Positions 63,926 through 64,000 of a DNA stretch of 64,000 nucleotides are shown piece after piece. The notes below the pieces were generated by a model that was given only the letters and a program-made list of their open reading frames with translations, had not been told where the DNA came from and did not search any database. A program made the position numbers and the translations under genes. This stretch comes from Macrostomum lignano (Eukaryota), in assembly GCA_002269645.1 (NCBI GenBank), contig NIVC01001916.1:158048-222047 (forward strand). The letters run 5' to 3'. The first letter of the stretch is position 1. Every line of letters begins with the position of its first letter.

Positions 63926-64000
63926 CTTGTTGAAATTTGATTCTTTTAATTAAGTGTATTTTATCAGTTTGAACAAAAAGAAATACACAAGATGAAAAAT

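Overview
Eukaryotic (metazoan) genomic DNA. GC-rich spliced exons with introns almost all filled by locus-specific minisatellites suggest a flatworm such as Macrostomum; this is inference from sequence style only. Seven protein-coding loci can be reconstructed: a TRPM channel (minus strand, 16 exon positions, runs off the left edge), a p55/MPP-type MAGUK, a low-complexity orphan ORF, an ankyrin plus death-fold-like protein, an intronless prominin-like gene, a TRPV-like channel and a secreted PAN/LamG-like protein. Three things stand out. (1) A 13.1-kb foldback-type element (14642-27745) has ~4.4-kb near-identical terminal inverted repeats and a perfect 8-bp target-site duplication (GCTTACAT). 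It lies almost exactly midway between the divergent TRPM and MAGUK start codons and carries a nested spacer (Tc1 relic, second inverted repeat, promoter-like core). (2) The TRPM C-terminus has a pair of paralogous, phase-matched exons that appear mutually exclusive. (3) Some minisatellites were seeded directly on splice junctions (about 69 copies of a donor, about 9 of an acceptor). Six apparent frameshifts in three genes are each repaired by one base added to a short homopolymer, so they are probably assembly errors. Gene models were built by hand and no database searches were run.
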